Below are positions 19,362-34,100 of a DNA stretch of 64,000 bases, one piece after another. The position numbers and the translations under genes are program-made. How positions within the stretch are numbered: position 1 is the first letter of the stretch; each line of letters starts with the position of its first letter. This DNA is from a virus. The notes beneath the pieces were generated by a model that worked only from the letters and a program-made list of their open reading frames with translations, had not been told where the DNA came from and did no database searches. The stretch spans positions 96,001 through 160,000 of IMG/VR virus record IMGVR_UViG_3300010316_000005. One strand, 5' to 3'.

Positions 19362-21461
19362 TTAGATTCCAGTGTAAATAATGTAATTTAGTGCTACGTA
19401 TGGGTTCATAACATCTAGTGAGGCGCCTAGGCGCTCATCGCCTACTTCTCTGTAAACGTTGTCGCCTTCTGCTCCACCGCCTACTAATCCACCTGATGTC
19501 GGTAGACCTTGCGCACTCAGCGTACCTGTTTCAAATGTCAAGTCAGTAACGTCAGTGTCAGGTGTACCAGTAGTGGGGTTAACTGCATAATGTTGTGTTC
19601 CTGCATCACCCTTTAGATCATGTTCGTGATCTGGAAGATGTCTTTTCTCAATGTCCGACGTTTCAATACCGCCTGATGCACCGAGTATATCAGCTAGATC
19701 ACCTGTGACAGTATTGGCGCTGACGCCGCCCATATTATCAAGACCCAACGGAAATCTGCCGCGCATATCCGGAAGCGCAAAGCTGTTAACACCTAAGTCA
19801 GCTAACAAATCTGGATTTCTAAATGAATACTGAATAACATCAAACAATTCGTTAAACGATGAAATAGCAAGTACTGAACCGTTACATAATAGCCATCCAC
19901 TTGGGGCGTCGGCTCCACCGTATGGTAGAATAATGCCTACAGGGAAAATAGGCACTGATTTAAGAAAGTTTGTTTTAGTAATCTTAAATAAGCCAGTGTC
20001 ACGACTTAGCACTATTTCGTCTGTATTCGGTGAATCAAACGTTTCTGATTTAGTTGAAATAAATGAGTTTGATATTTGAATATTAAGTGTCTTATTTGTG
20101 CCGCCTGTTTGCCCATCAAATGCAAAACTAGCATTTGCTACGTCGCCCGTAACACCAATTGTAGTAGCAGTAGTTAATTTATCCGATGAACTCGATCTAC
20201 CAGTTAGAGTACCGATTACATTACCTTGAACATTTCCAAATATATTATTTGCATATAAGTTTAGATATCTGTTTCCAGTTGCGCCGATGCTATACACATT
20301 ATTTGATGTTGGCTCAATATTTTTTGTTTTTAGCAATCCCGAGTTAGTAGACGAATCGTCTACTCCAACTTGTAGTTCGCCGCCTACATACATGTTGCCG
20401 CCAATACCGGCTCCGCCTTCGACGATCAAAGCACCTTCGTCTACTGCGGTACTATTTGTTGTTCCATTAATTCTAAGGATGCCAGTATCTTCGTTGCCTA
20501 ATTCTGGAGAGATTTGGACGTTACCAACAACATCTAAGGTTTCTGCAGGAGCAACATTGTTAATCCCCACTCTTTTCGAAGCATCAATTCTCATTACAGT
20601 ATTGTTCGACACGCCAGAACGCAGTCTAAAGTCGATGCTCGCACCGCTTGATGCGTTTGTCATAACTGCTGCTTGACTTTCTACTTTAAGAACTAACTGG
20701 CCGTTTGAGCCTAGTGATATTCCTTTGTCGGTGTTAACTTTAACTTGGTCGAGGAAATTAGCAACCGTGTCATTTCTTACAAATTTGTCCGACGGTACTA
20801 TTTCACTACCGACAATAAGGTTTTCAGCTTTTTGTGATGTGCCGTTAAACTTGTAAATCGTAGTCAAGTCATCATACAAGTTTAATCCAATTTGAATTGG
20901 CTGTCTTGTAAAACCAAGTATAGCCGACTTAGGCGTAAATTTATCACTACTTAAAATTGCTACGGTTTTGTTTTGAATTTTTAGAGTTAATACAACATAT
21001 GTTAAATTATCAGTTCCGACAATTTGTTCACTAGCTATACCAGTCAACAAACCATCACTAAATTCCGGACCTACTAGAATCCAGTCAGTACCAGTAAATA
21101 AATATAACTGCTGAGTATCTGTGTTTGCCCAAAGATCTCCTGCAATTGAGTTTGATACTTCTGGTGCTATTGCGCCCTTTTTTAGGCCGCTGGCGGATAG
21201 CCATTGGACGCCGTCATATATTTTAAGCTGATCGATGCCTTGAGTATTATCATACCAAAGTTGCCCTTCAACTGGCCTTTCGGGAGCAGTTGTGTTAGCA
21301 AAGTTTTCTAATAGATGCAGAAAGTTTTCTGCAACAGTTTGTCCGTACCCTGGAAAACTGCGTCCCGGAAATCCTAGACTAGTGTCTTCATTTAGGGTAG
21401 CATCTTCAACGATAATATTACTTTTATTAATACTATCTGTATATCTTATTTCATATGCCAT
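19362..21461 (-). CDS. Short tail fibre-like protein with tail-collar domain
   Basis: Same N-terminal module; PVGIILPYGG..APSGWLLCNG...LPDMRGRFPLG collar motif; ends NPYVALNYIIYTG. Confidence 0.8.
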   Translation of the reverse strand: MAYEIRYTDSINKSNIIVEDATLNEDTSLGFPGRSFPGYGQTVAENFLHLLENFANTTAPERPVEGQLWYDNTQGIDQLKIYDGVQWLSASGLKKGAIAPEVSNSIAGDLWANTDTQQLYLFTGTDWILVGPEFSDGLLTGIASEQIVGTDNLTYVVLTLKIQNKTVAILSSDKFTPKSAILGFTRQPIQIGLNLYDDLTTIYKFNGTSQKAENLIVGSEIVPSDKFVRNDTVANFLDQVKVNTDKGISLGSNGQLVLKVESQAAVMTNASSGASIDFRLRSGVSNNTVMRIDASKRVGINNVAPAETLDVVGNVQISPELGNEDTGILRINGTTNSTAVDEGALIVEGGAGIGGNMYVGGELQVGVDDSSTNSGLLKTKNIEPTSNNVYSIGATGNRYLNLYANNIFGNVQGNVIGTLTGRSSSSDKLTTATTIGVTGDVANASFAFDGQTGGTNKTLNIQISNSFISTKSETFDSPNTDEIVLSRDTGLFKITKTNFLKSVPIFPVGIILPYGGADAPSGWLLCNGSVLAISSFNELFDVIQYSFRNPDLLADLGVNSFALPDMRGRFPLGLDNMGGVSANTVTGDLADILGASGGIETSDIEKRHLPDHEHDLKGDAGTQHYAVNPTTGTPDTDVTDLTFETGTLSAQGLPTSGGLVGGGAEGDNVYREVGDERLGASLDVMNPYVALNYIIYTGI

Positions 21462-22072
21462 TATGCGTTACCTCCGCTTAGGCTTTGAATTCTTACAGTG
21501 TAGTCAATTTGAATAAGTCTGTTTAATGACTTCTGTACAGGATGGAAAATAACATGAGTAATTAAACGTCCTGTTCCACTTGGTGAGTAGCTTCTTAACC
21601 CTAACTCATCAAACACGAATTCGTCATCTGCTGAAGTAGCAGTGTCAAATGCTTGCTGTCCATTTGGTTCACCGTAGTCTAACAAACATCTAACTAGCAT
21701 GTCAGTATAGTTTGTACCACTAACGTGTCTTGTTTCAATAAAGTTTCTAGCAGGATCTAAGTTGTTAGCCGAACGGGCGTCGACTACTTTTGAATATGTT
21801 TGATTATACAATGTAGCATTTGTGCCAGTTGAGTTAGGAGTCAAGTAAGTAATAATACCTGTAGGGTCAACACTAGTGCCGCCGTTACCAAAGCTCATTT
21901 CATACACAAAACCTTCGCCTGCGTTGCTCATGCTTTCTGCTAATGCAATGCTCATATTTTCATAATGGATCGCATTTCTTTTGTTTATAAACACTGTACC
22001 AGATTCTGGATCTGATATCTTAATGTGTCCTTGTACTGAAATTCCGCTAGTATCTTTCATATTGTCACTCAT
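21461..22072 (-). CDS. Virion structural (baseplate/fibre attachment) protein
   Basis: FDELGL...LITHVIFHPVQKSLNR.IQIDYT; late promoter core at 22095-22090. Confidence 0.6.
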   Translation of the reverse strand: MSDNMKDTSGISVQGHIKISDPESGTVFINKRNAIHYENMSIALAESMSNAGEGFVYEMSFGNGGTSVDPTGIITYLTPNSTGTNATLYNQTYSKVVDARSANNLDPARNFIETRHVSGTNYTDMLVRCLLDYGEPNGQQAFDTATSADDEFVFDELGLRSYSPSGTGRLITHVIFHPVQKSLNRLIQIDYTVRIQSLSGGNA

Positions 22073-22107
22073 TTTTGTTTCCTACATTGTATTTATTCTG
22101 GTAGCTG

Positions 22108-25100
22108 TTAGTTTCCGGCACGTATAAACGACCCTATGTCAGTTTTTGTTTCACCTAAGGTTTCACCAGTTAATGTCCAAATTCTTCCTGTTTTTCTCAT
22201 CACAACAATCTTTTCATTGTTTAATGGTATACCGTCGGCATGTATATCGTCCTGAATGTCAAAGCTAATAATATCACCGTCGATTGTAAATTCTGCTTGC
22301 TGCACAAGATCACCATCTGGTGAGTCAAGCGCCACTACTTCACTAAACTTACTTATCTCATTCTTCCTTAGTCGGCGGCCACCTACGAAAACTTCAACTT
22401 CGTTAATACCATATGATGCCTGCAATGTAGAATCTTTGTAACCGATAGTTATGCTCTGGCTTCCATCTCCGATAAAGTTACGCAGAACTGTTCTATCATT
22501 GTAAGGAACAGTTTTTCTAGCGCCTTGATCAAACACTTCTTCTCCTGCTGAATATGTATCTTTAACTCCTGTACCAAGTGTACCTCTGCGAAGTTGCCTT
22601 AGTAGATTACCGTCTTTTACTAGGTATTCAATGCGCTCGCCATCAATCCAAACAATGCCCGGTTTATTAGACTTCTTGTCCGGTGCTGGTAGCAACGATG
22701 CGTCTTCTACTTCAACTCTTAAATCATAGTAATTTAGGTCCTTGCTAAGAACTGTTACAGCATCGTTAATTCTCTTGTAGTGAGTTCTATTAAGAACATC
22801 CTTAAAGATTCTGTAGGCAAATTTAGGCACCGAAACAGGAGTAGCAAACTGCACTACTTCTATAACATCGTTTGTTCCCGGAGGAGTTGTTAGCTGGACC
22901 TTTAATCTGTCGTCAGTAATATAATAGTCAACGCTCGGAGATAGTAAGATTCCATTTTTTGCAACCCATACGTATTGCGCATCTTCTGCCGGCTTTCTCA
23001 GTTTGATTTCACCGTATGATAGACGCTGATAAGTTTTTGCTTCCTTGCTTCCCGGAACAATAGCAAATCTTGACACAACATCATAGTTCTGTTTTTCAAT
23101 ACCAAGGATGTCGTGGTTTGAGAATTTAATAATTTCAATTCTTTCATTTACACCAGGTGCATATTTAAACGTAATATTGTTGTTGTCAAATGTATATTCA
23201 CTATCAGAAATTAGGTAAATTTCCAGTAAATCGCCTACGTCACCTGTACCGTCATTTAACCTAATCGAGTTGGTATTCGGATTCAGAAGCCACCTGTTAG
23301 GCGTCTCTATTATTGCGCCATTTAAAAATACGCGCAGATTAGTAGTGTCAATAGTCGTTGACGGAAACTGGAATGATTCAATTGCATATTCTCTAACATC
23401 AATGCTTTTGATTTCATACTGAATATTGTATCCAGAACTTAGAATCTTATTTCCGACTTTTACCAAGCAGTTGTGTTCGGTTGGCTCAACAAAGAATGGC
23501 GTTTCAGCAATCGGAAACACCGTAGATGCTCCGTCACCGATTAATACTTCTTTATTAACTTGACTATAATTTACTTCAGTGTTATTATCAAACACAATAT
23601 AGTTGATTGTCTGTCCAGTTTCTGGTGTTACTGTTAGGCTAATAGTTAAAGTATCTTTACCTTCTGTTTTAGTAGCACCGATCTCAACGTTTTCGCCATC
23701 AAGAGTTAAGAATACACCGTATCCATCTTTGAAATAAGTGTTAATTTCGTACTCATCAGTATCGGCAACAGTCATAGCCTTTCCAAAATCAATAACATTT
23801 TGTACACCCGCTTCCAGTGTTACTATCGATAGAGCGTGCCCTTCAGTTAAGTCAGGAATATTAATTGTTAAGTTGCTCCAATCAACGTCATAATCGCCTC
23901 GGGTTAATATTATGCCGTCTACTTTTACAACAATTGCGTCAAGACTCGACGGAGTTGCACCTAAGTCAAACGTTTCATTTACTCCGTCAGTAATGTGATA
24001 CTGGCTAACAATCTTACCTGGACCGGTCGAGTCTCTTGTATACACTCTTAAATCCAGTGTATCCATTACTTGACCTGGTACCATTTCTTCTGGTCCAGTT
24101 GACGTAGTAGCAGTAACAAAGCTGTCGCCGTCTACAATAATATCTTCTGCTTTTAACCCAGTCGCAGTTGTCTTGTCAAATGCTCCACCTGTTAATTGAG
24201 TATCATACGATGCCGGATCCGGTGCCACAGTACCATCTGATGTTATTTTTCTAATAATCATTATGTCGCCGTCTTCAGTGGCAATATCGTAATCACTCAG
24301 AATAAACACATCAGTTGTGCCGTCGCCTGTAATACTTTCTAGTTTAGCATCTTCGTTAAGTTGTTCTTCAGTGCCAAAATTAGGATCATCAATTCTGACT
24401 CCATTCAAATAAACATTGTACACAGTGCCGCTTTCAAACGGTTCGTCTAGACCTACTGCAACAGTTGAGCCGTCAAACGTAAACACATAGTCTTCATATG
24501 AATTATCAAATTCGTCCCATGTATCCGTATACCAATCATTTGTGTTCCAACCTTGCTCTTCACTAAATCCAAACGATGTAACTTCAACACCGCCATAGTC
24601 GACACCAGTCATTAACTGTGCTAAATCTTTACCGAGCATACCGCTCAGTGCTGTATAGCCAAATTGTATTCTGTCTTCTGCACTTAACATCGACAGTGGC
24701 TTCTGGTAGCTAATTACGATATTTGCGTCTAATGCAGGTGGATTAGTAAACGTAACTTGTCCTTGCTCTCTAATATATCCAGCATCTGTGTTTGTTACGT
24801 TACGGAAAGTAAACTGACTACGAAGCATTTCTTTTCCGTCTACTGTTACTGTCACAGTGTCTAACCGTAAGTTCATTGGCCATTCTAAGTTAAACGTTGT
24901 TTGAGAATTCGAACCAACGAACGTTTCAGTTTCTGCTAGCGAGTTAATGTAGTACTTGCCCGACGTTCTATCAAACTTGATAGTGATGCTCGGAGATCTC
25001 ACTACGCCGGAGCCAAGTATTGCTGATGCTCTAGCCACAACGCCGTTTTCTACTTGGGGAACAGCAATATTAATAGCAGGAGCACTTGTATAACCTTGGC

Positions 25101-28100
25101 CCGGGTTAGTAACTTTAATTGCTGTTACCTTTCCGTAGCCAATGTACGCTTTAGCAGTGGCGCCGGTTCCGCCGCCTCCTACTAATTCTACAGTTGGTGC
25201 AAACACATATCCGCTGCCTGCATCTCCAATCATAATATTAGTAATTTGTCTACCATAGTTGTCAAGCCAATTCTTCCTTGGGTATTGACTTACATTAGGA
25301 TCAACATTTAGCAATCCGCCATCTTGGAAGATTGCTCTATTTGGCACAATCTTCTTTTCAGTTTCACTGTAGAACGGTGGCAAGTCAAAATCTGTTATAA
25401 CACTATTTGTAGGCTCTAGTCTTTCTTTTACGCTTACAAATTCTCTAATAACAGTCTTGTACGGCTTCACTTCGTTTACATATGCTTCGTAGCTTGAGAG
25501 TGTATTGCCGTCGAAAGTAACATCTTGATCAAACTCACCAAGATTGTGATTAATTTTAACATAGCTTGTCTTGAATAGCCAGTCAACATATTGCTGCTCA
25601 GACATCACATAACGCAAGCTTGCGAAGAATAGTTGGTTATACTCTCTTCTCAAGTTGCTTGTAAATATACTGTCGCGGATTGCTTTAAATATAATTCTCA
25701 ATTCAACTTGAGCATCATTGTCATAAAACGTGCTATCATAACTACGGTTGTCAAAACCAACCTTATTCTTAGCTGTGTTATATAGAGATTCTTTAAACTG
25801 TATTGTACCGTCTTGACGTCCAATAGTTTTATAGTCTACTGTGTAATCTTCAGATCCAGTGTTGTCAACTTTTTCAAGTAGCAACCAGCCGCCTGTTCCG
25901 ACGTTTTGAATTTTAACAATATCACCTATGCTATCTGCCAACGCGGTTAATTCATATGACTCAGTTATAATAAAGTCACTTGATGTAAATTCATTATACC
26001 CAGTTGCATACCAATCAGCATAATCCCAATACAACGGAACATTGTAGTCTTGCACACTTCTTCTAAACCATTCTGATGCTTCTTCGTTCCAGGCCCATAT
26101 TGCCCATCTGCCATCAGCATCAGTGTCGGCATTAACAAGTACTGAGAATCTTCTTACTGTAATTCTAGTATTTTCGTCGTACCCTGTTCCTCTGCTTAGT
26201 ATCTTAACTGCGCTAATTCCACCTACGTTAGTAAGTGTAAGCTCTATTTCAGCATCTGTGCCTGCGCCGACAATTGCATACTTCGGAGCAGAACGATAAC
26301 CTCTACCTGCACTTAGAATGTTAACTTTAGCTAATTTACCATTTCTAATCACAGGCTCAAGTATTGCAGGAGTAACCTTGTTTGTACTAATGAATCGTAA
26401 TTCATCAACTGTGTCAACTGTTAAGTCAAACTCTTTCGAAGCCGACGTCGGCTTAGGTTCTGTTTCAAACAATGCCGATATATCATACTCGTCAACTACA
26501 ATGTTTTCGAGCAACACAAGGTTAACTCGTTCAATATATTGCTTTAGAGCTTCTTCGCGGTTTACAAATATACCCTGACGTGGCTTATTTTGAATTCCGT
26601 ACTTTTGTTTAGGTGACAGGTCTGGGTTAGGCACTGGGCGACCTTGTTCGTCATAACCAATTAAGCTATCAAACCACTTTCGTTCAATCTCACTATGCGG
26701 TACACTATTCTCGTCACCATCGCTAATAATCTGATATTGACTGTGCGTATTTTGCTCATCTCTTTCGTTTTCAGTATATCTGATATTTAGAACAATATCT
26801 TCGTTATAGATTAAGCTGCCTATGTTATTTAGAACAATTCTGTCCGCAGCAAGCAAGCTAGCAAATCTGTAGCCTTCTTTTCTCGGCTGCGCAATAAGTC
26901 TACTTACGTCAAACGCACTAACCTTTCTATCAATTACTGCATCAGTTGGAATTGTCTTCTTGTTAGCGACCCAGAAGTAGTACTTTGGAATAAACCGTTG
27001 GGCAACGCTGTCATAGTCAAATGTCTGACTGAAGAAATCATCACCATACAGAGATTTACCACTAATGCCTCTTTGAATGCCTAACTCTGAATCAGCAATC
27101 TGATCCCAGTTTGACGGAGGCACTGCGCTCTCAACCCATTCAAATACGTTAACAAAGGATCCTGGTTGTAGTTCATTCCAGTTTGCTTTTTGATACTGGA
27201 TGTCTCCCTGATAAGGATAAGTGAATCTTGTTGTTTTTGTATACCACCATAATTTACCAACATGCTCCGGGCCCCAGAATGTATCTTCTGTTACTTCTGG
27301 CCCTGCTCCTACGTTATATGTTGCCGGATCAATTCCCATTTCATAATGCAGTTCTTGCTTTGCAGGACCGGCAATCTTTCCTTGTATTGGATCAATGTAA
27401 TCCAGGTATTGAACAATGCTGTTTGTTCTCTTATTATAAAGGAACATGCCTTTAATCTTAGATACATCAACTGGCGGAATAAGTTCTCTTTTCTTATTCC
27501 ATGCAAATTTTTCATTTGGCTTTCTATATTCAATTAACTTGCCTTTCTTAGGCATTCCGATGTATACGTGGTTACCTTTGGCAAATATGTTTTCGCCAAA
27601 GTCAAAGTCTGCTAGGTCATAGCGGAATGACTCTGAGAATATTAACGCATTTTCTATTTCTTCGTATACGTAAACTGTACCCGAATCTAGTATGATATTA
27701 TTAAAGTCAGTATAACCTTTATCAAATGTAGTTATAACACCCGAGTCTGCGTCAAACGTAGTTGGTATTATCATGTCACCTCTGGCACTACTTACGATTA
27801 GGTTGTCGCTACTAAATGACATCTTATCGCCAAAACGTTCTGCTAACTCATTCTTAGGTGACTTTAATTCCTGCGACAATACAAATTGCTGATTTACTAA
27901 TGAATATATATAAATCTTGCCTTGGTTGTACTTTACATCATCGTTAAACTGATCTGATATAGCAATCTTTGTACCTGCTGGATTAATCACAACCGAAGAA
28001 CCAAATGTATCTCTGTCATCAGGTGGGTTAATTTCTTGTACTTTTTCATACTTATTATCACGTTGACGATATACCAGGACCTTACTAATAATAGAACTGT

Positions 28101-31100
28101 CAAACGCTGCTCGCTTTTCAGAAATTATAACATAGTTGCCTGATTCTGTAACAGCGAAGTCTGAGTCAACTACTGTTGGATCGTTTTCTGACATTGCCGA
28201 ATCAAAGTTTGTTGGAAAATACTCTGATTCTCCAAGTAACGCTTGGCCTTCGTTTACAGGCAATACGCCTAAGTAATCAACTCCTGACGAAATTGCTTCC
28301 CAATTAGTAGAGCCAGTATTAGGAGTTGCTGCGCCGATTGGTACGTTAGTAAGAGCTCTAAATAATCCCACGCCAGTGACATTTACAATCGAACCTTCTC
28401 CGTAGGCTGCATCGGTGCTGTTGAAAGTTCCCCTAAAGTTGTCATCGACTCCACGTCTCCAGCTTACTTTTCTCCACAATAGTTTATCGCCAATTGACAC
28501 TGACGTTTGGTTAAACACCGGCTGCAATGCTTTATAGTAATCACCTAGGAAATATACAATATCATTTGTTTCATAAACATTGTTTTCTCTCCAGTTACCT
28601 TTAAATGTGTCGTCTCTAGTGTACCCGTGCTTGAATATTTCAACGCTGCCTTGGGCATTTGACACATACAATGTATACTCGTTGTCTTTCTTGATAAGTT
28701 CAACTTTAGTACCAAAGTTTGTAGTATCTGAGTCGTAAGCATACTCTGAAACTAAGTTCAATAGCAATTGATAACTACCTGGTGCATCTTTATAGTAAAT
28801 TGCTACTGCACCTTCGTTAGTTTTTGACGAACTACCAAACTGGTCTGCTACAATGTTATAAATCTGAGTATAATTCTTGTTTAGTACTGTTGGATAAACG
28901 CTTCTAAAGCTGCCTGCATTATCATCCTCTTCGGTATAGATCCAATATTCTTCATTAATAATTGGATCAAACCCGTCAGCTGGATCAAAGTCAGTATCTT
29001 TTTCAAAAACTAAGAACTGTAAGTTGTTAGTGCTAGTGTTTACAACAAAGCTGTCTTCGACATCATTAACTTTTCCTATTACTCTGTTGACTGTATTGCC
29101 ATTTGCAACACTTGGGTTGAGAACAATCTCTGTAGTAGCTAGGTTGTTAATAGTTGCATAAGTTCCAGCAGTGTACTTAATGTACACTCTAACATTTGTT
29201 AAGCCTGTTTGATATGCGACTACTTCAGCAGTAAATGTTGATTGTGCATCAGCCGCCGACGGCTGGCCAAACTGATCAAATGGTGTCTGTCTATCTGTAA
29301 TAATATCAGATATGGATGGTTCAAACGTGTTGCCAAGGCCGTCGGCAACTAGTTGAATGTCAATAAATCCATCCCATTTGTCAACTAACGTCTGGGTTGC
29401 ATTTAAAATGCCATAATTTAGCCCTGTGTTAGCAAAGTCAATTGTTCTGTTACTTAGGTCATAAAGGTAAAAGTTTAATTCTTCAGTTAAAGAAAGCGTG
29501 TCAGCAAACGATTTGTTTACTCTAGAAATCCATCTGCTGTCTGCCACAGGAGTAATATCATTAAAATAACTTAGATTTTGAACATAGCTAGATGTGTTAA
29601 TCAAATCAGTTGTATTGTTTTCATCGTCATTTACATTATAGTACACAGCATTAGTCGTGCCGCCGTTGGCGTAAGCATCAACGTATACTAATCCTTTACC
29701 AGCATCAGTATAGTTTTCATTGTTTATGTAAGAAAAAGGACTAGTATCAATCTGCCACCAGCCGCCGAGGCTTTGATTTTCAGTTGGCTCAATTTCTACA
29801 TAATTACCAATTAATGGCCCCGAAGCTGTTTCGTATTGAATGAATATCGAACCACTTACTGCAAAGACGCCAGTTGTATCTGCAAGATAAATTATAAGGT
29901 TTACACCTGCAATCTTAGTATAAACAACAGTTGCACTAGCAGTCGACGTTGTTAATATATCGCCTACTTGCGGTGGGTTAATGTAGCTATCTACTCGAAC
30001 AATATGATCTACTTTATTAACTATGCTATGGCCGTTGCCGTTGTTATCAATAAGTTCTTTACTAATAATTGTTGAATCTTCAAACGTAATAGCACCATCA
30101 AAAGGTTCCCTAACATCTAAATCGCCATTTGTATAAGACTGCAAATTCCACTGCAATCTAACTTCGTCGCCTGCAATTAGAGCCTCGAACTGATCTGCTG
30201 GCGCTCTAACTAAGATGTGATCAGTTGCCTGAGCTTCTTCTAGCTGTAGACTAGGGTCACCTGTAAGTAATAGGCTAGAGTCAAGATCAGCATCTCCGTT
30301 TGCTGTTCTTAATTCAACATACGAACTAAACGAATTAAAGTCTAATCCAGTTCCTTCGTCTACTTCTGGTTCAATGTCTCTGTGTGCTTGCCATAGCGTA
30401 TTTCTATATTTTACAATATCATTTTTGCCATAGGGTGCAGATGCCAAATATTCACCTCTGTATCTAGTCTTAACACTCGATGCTCCCGGAATACCTACTG
30501 CTATAAATGTATCGTCATCCGATATCGACACACTTTCGCCGAAGCGAGCATTGTCATCGTTAAACAATACTGTTTCTAACGTAAGAGGCTGTTGCTGAAT
30601 AAACATTGCAGTTTCTGTGTTTCTAGTGTATAGGTCAACCTTGCCGGGTGTGTTAAAGTTATCAATTTCAGGATCAGGGTTGACATCAATAGTATACCCG
30701 GGCGATGAAACTATCATAGTTGTTTGTTTTTTAGATACATCAACATCATAGGAGAAACCATTTTGCGATGAGCCGTCACCTGTTATATCTACTATAGTGC
30801 CTTGCTCCCTGTACACACTATTGTTTTCGAGCACACCCCAATGGGCGTTGCTATAGTCATCAATCCAAATTCTTTGGTTATCATATATATTTTGTTGTAT
30901 GATATCGTTCACCGAAGTCAAGTCAGGAATTCTTACTTCTCTAAGCTTAACCATAATTAACAATTCTTCATCAAAATCAATTATTTCGTTATCTTCAGGT
31001 ACAATAATTTGCAGTGTGTTAAACTTTGATTCGTACACTTCGTAGAATCCGTTAACATTATAATCCTGAGCAGCTCTTATTGCAACAAATTCTCCATTAG

Positions 31101-34100
31101 CTACTTCTTCAGCAACCCAGGCATCTACTGTAATTTCTTTAAGTGATTCGTTCTTTTCAGTAACGTCGTCAATAGTCGCTAACGTTGTTGCGTTTCCGAA
31201 GTTCTCGTGAATTTGGTAAACTGACCAGTCATCTCTGCCGTCGTCTGTTAACCAAATGTATTGACCCTTGTTTAACAAGTTAACATCAGTACTGTTAATT
31301 TCAGCTTTTGACCCTGCTTTGAATTCTACATCATTTTCATGTACATATCCACTGTCAATTACAAAACTTTTTAGAGTTGTTGTCGGGAATGGCGTACTAG
31401 TATAACCTTCTGGCTTGTCAATTAGATCCATTGGACGAATTCTGTAGACTTTATCTTCAATTGTAGGATCGATTGATTCTACAAATTCAATACCTTGAGG
31501 TTCTTCGTAGAACTGAGTTTCATCAAGTTCAAATTCAATTTGCTCTATGTCTGTAGTTGCTCCGTAGCGACCTAGCTGTATTGCCCAATCTTCAAAGAAT
31601 TCTAAGCTGTCTCTGTCTGAGCTGCCAAGGGGATTGAATAGCTTTTCAATAGCGTTCTTTGTACCCTTGTCTTGAATAAATCCTTGATAGAACTTATACT
31701 GACTCACATCATCATTAATGATATTTGCTAGATAGTCTCGTTTCTGGTACCCAATTAAGTGCTGCGCAAGACGCTGTTGTTCAGAGTCAAAATTATCCGA
31801 GTCTAGGTCATAGAAATCTGTAAATTGATTGATTCTATAATCAAAGTTTGTTAGCAGTTCTGCTACAGGCTTTTCATTTAATCTAATCCAGAAGTTTGGG
31901 TTAAAGTCTTTTGATCCTGGCACAGCAAAAGTTGCTACATAAAAGAATTGCTTGTATTTTACAAGACTACCAATTTCATAATCTTTCCAAGATTCCCATT
32001 CTGTTGCTCTGGCATCGTCATAAACAAATCCAGGAATGTTTAAGCTCCCGTCCCAGTTATCAGAACGATATCCTAGTACCTTGATTCTTTCTTGACGGTA
32101 CCCAGTAGTTGGCTGATAAATTACATCACCAAAGATAGTTTCATTGTCTAATAGAACAACATGTTCTTTTTGTACAAGAGGCAACACAATGTTGTACACG
32201 CCGTCGTTGTTTTCTCTAACCTTGATACCAAATTCATTGCCATTTCTTTGAACGCTGTTAAATCTGCGCTCTAACGGAAGTCCATCTGACTTTCTCAAAG
32301 AGTACTCATAAAAGTCATCAAAGATATCATCAACGACAGCAAAGTCTCTCTTAAAGTTTACTTCGTATGCACTTGGGCTCAGTGATATAGTTGTTCCTGC
32401 ACTCCATCCCTGGGTTGTCCAGAACAAGAATTCTCTTGCCATTTGACTCCAGTTTTCAATTGACTCATTTACATCATTGAAATAGTTAAAGTCAAATCCT
32501 TGTGATTCAAGGTATGCACCGTATCCAAGAATAAAGCTAACTACGTCTTGGCTTGTTTTTAGGCGTGTTCCATAAGATAGGCGCTTTGTTGTTCTAGTGT
32601 CAAAGTTTTTGTAAAACACTCCGCGTTTTCCGCCAACGATCGGAACTTCACTTAGCTTAATTAAATTTTGAGCATCAAACGAGTCACCACTTGTAAAGTT
32701 TGCTGTTGCTCTGTAATACTGGCTTTCAAACTCAACAACTTGACCGTCATAGAACGGCTTGTTAGGATCCCAATCCACACTCGTTTCTGAAATTCCTCCA
32801 ACTACAATAGTTCTGTCGTTAGTTGTAGGTATTGGGTCAAAGTAGTTCAAGAACGGATTGTTATCAAAGTAGCCTCTTACAACAAATCCGTTTGCTCGTT
32901 TTTCAACAATGATACCACTGTATACAGGTGCGTCAATTGGCGAACTTGTGTTTAAGAAAACTTGGTAGTTCTCTTCTGGCACAAATACGCCGTCTTCGAT
33001 ATTTTCGCGAGGTGAGCGGCTGTCTAGTAGCAATTGGAATTTACTCTTATCAGTAAATCCTCCAACGCGCAGTCCCATCTGTGTATTCATAGATGTTATG
33101 TCATTTTTATAATCATCATAAACACTAACAATGTTGCTCGATAGCAGATTGTAAATGTAGTTTACTAACCCACTTGTATTTACTCTTACATTATCTCGAT
33201 ATGTGTTTGGAAAAACAATTGACTTATTTGATATCTGTGTTAGTGTATCAGTATAAGTGTACTGTCCTGCTAGGTTTCTAAAGACTCTTGACAAGTCGAA
33301 CCCTAGTCCCATAACTCTTGCCGGGTTAGCTAGCAACCATGCTTTAATAAGTGCAAACGGATACTCAGCACTTTTTCTCCAAGCAGACTCAACTGGAGCA
33401 ACATCGCCAAATATAAAATCATCTGACGTATTTCTGTAAAAGAAGTTTTTAGCATATCCACTTTCAATCGGTGATTTTAATTTACCCTGAGAATCAACTG
33501 GAATATATTTTGTAAAGTCCGGACGGGCATATCTTGCTCTAGTTACTAATTCTTTATTTGGTTCACGGACATATCCATTTTCAATGTCCTGCCATAGTAC
33601 TAAGTTATTTGCACTATAAGGGGCTGGGCCATAAGTTGTATCCCACCATTTTGGCTTAAGAGTAAATCCTAGCATTTCCCATGGGTGTGAGTGTGGTCTA
33701 TCAGTGTCTAGGAATTCTCTGTAAACACCTCTCCAAAATCCTGGTAGTACTTCGCCGTCAATAGCAGACGTCATTTTGTAATAGTTATATGTGTACTGAT
33801 TTTCTCTTTCATAGAAGTCGTTTTCAGTATAATCACTTTCTACTACTCTCGACCATTGTATAAAATCTTTTAGGACTAGATCGTTAATTTCTTTCCTGTT
33901 GTACGCAGCCGACCTGTACTTGCCGCCTACAAAGTCGTGGATATTCAGCAGTGTGTTTTCGTAATCGACTTTAATGTTGTTGAATATTCTCTTCTCAAGA
34001 TCTAGCAGTAGGTTGTCTCTGTAGTCTTTGTATGCTCTGATTGTACTACCGTCATGTCCTTGAACCATAGCAATACCAACTGAGTATTCTTCAATCTCCG

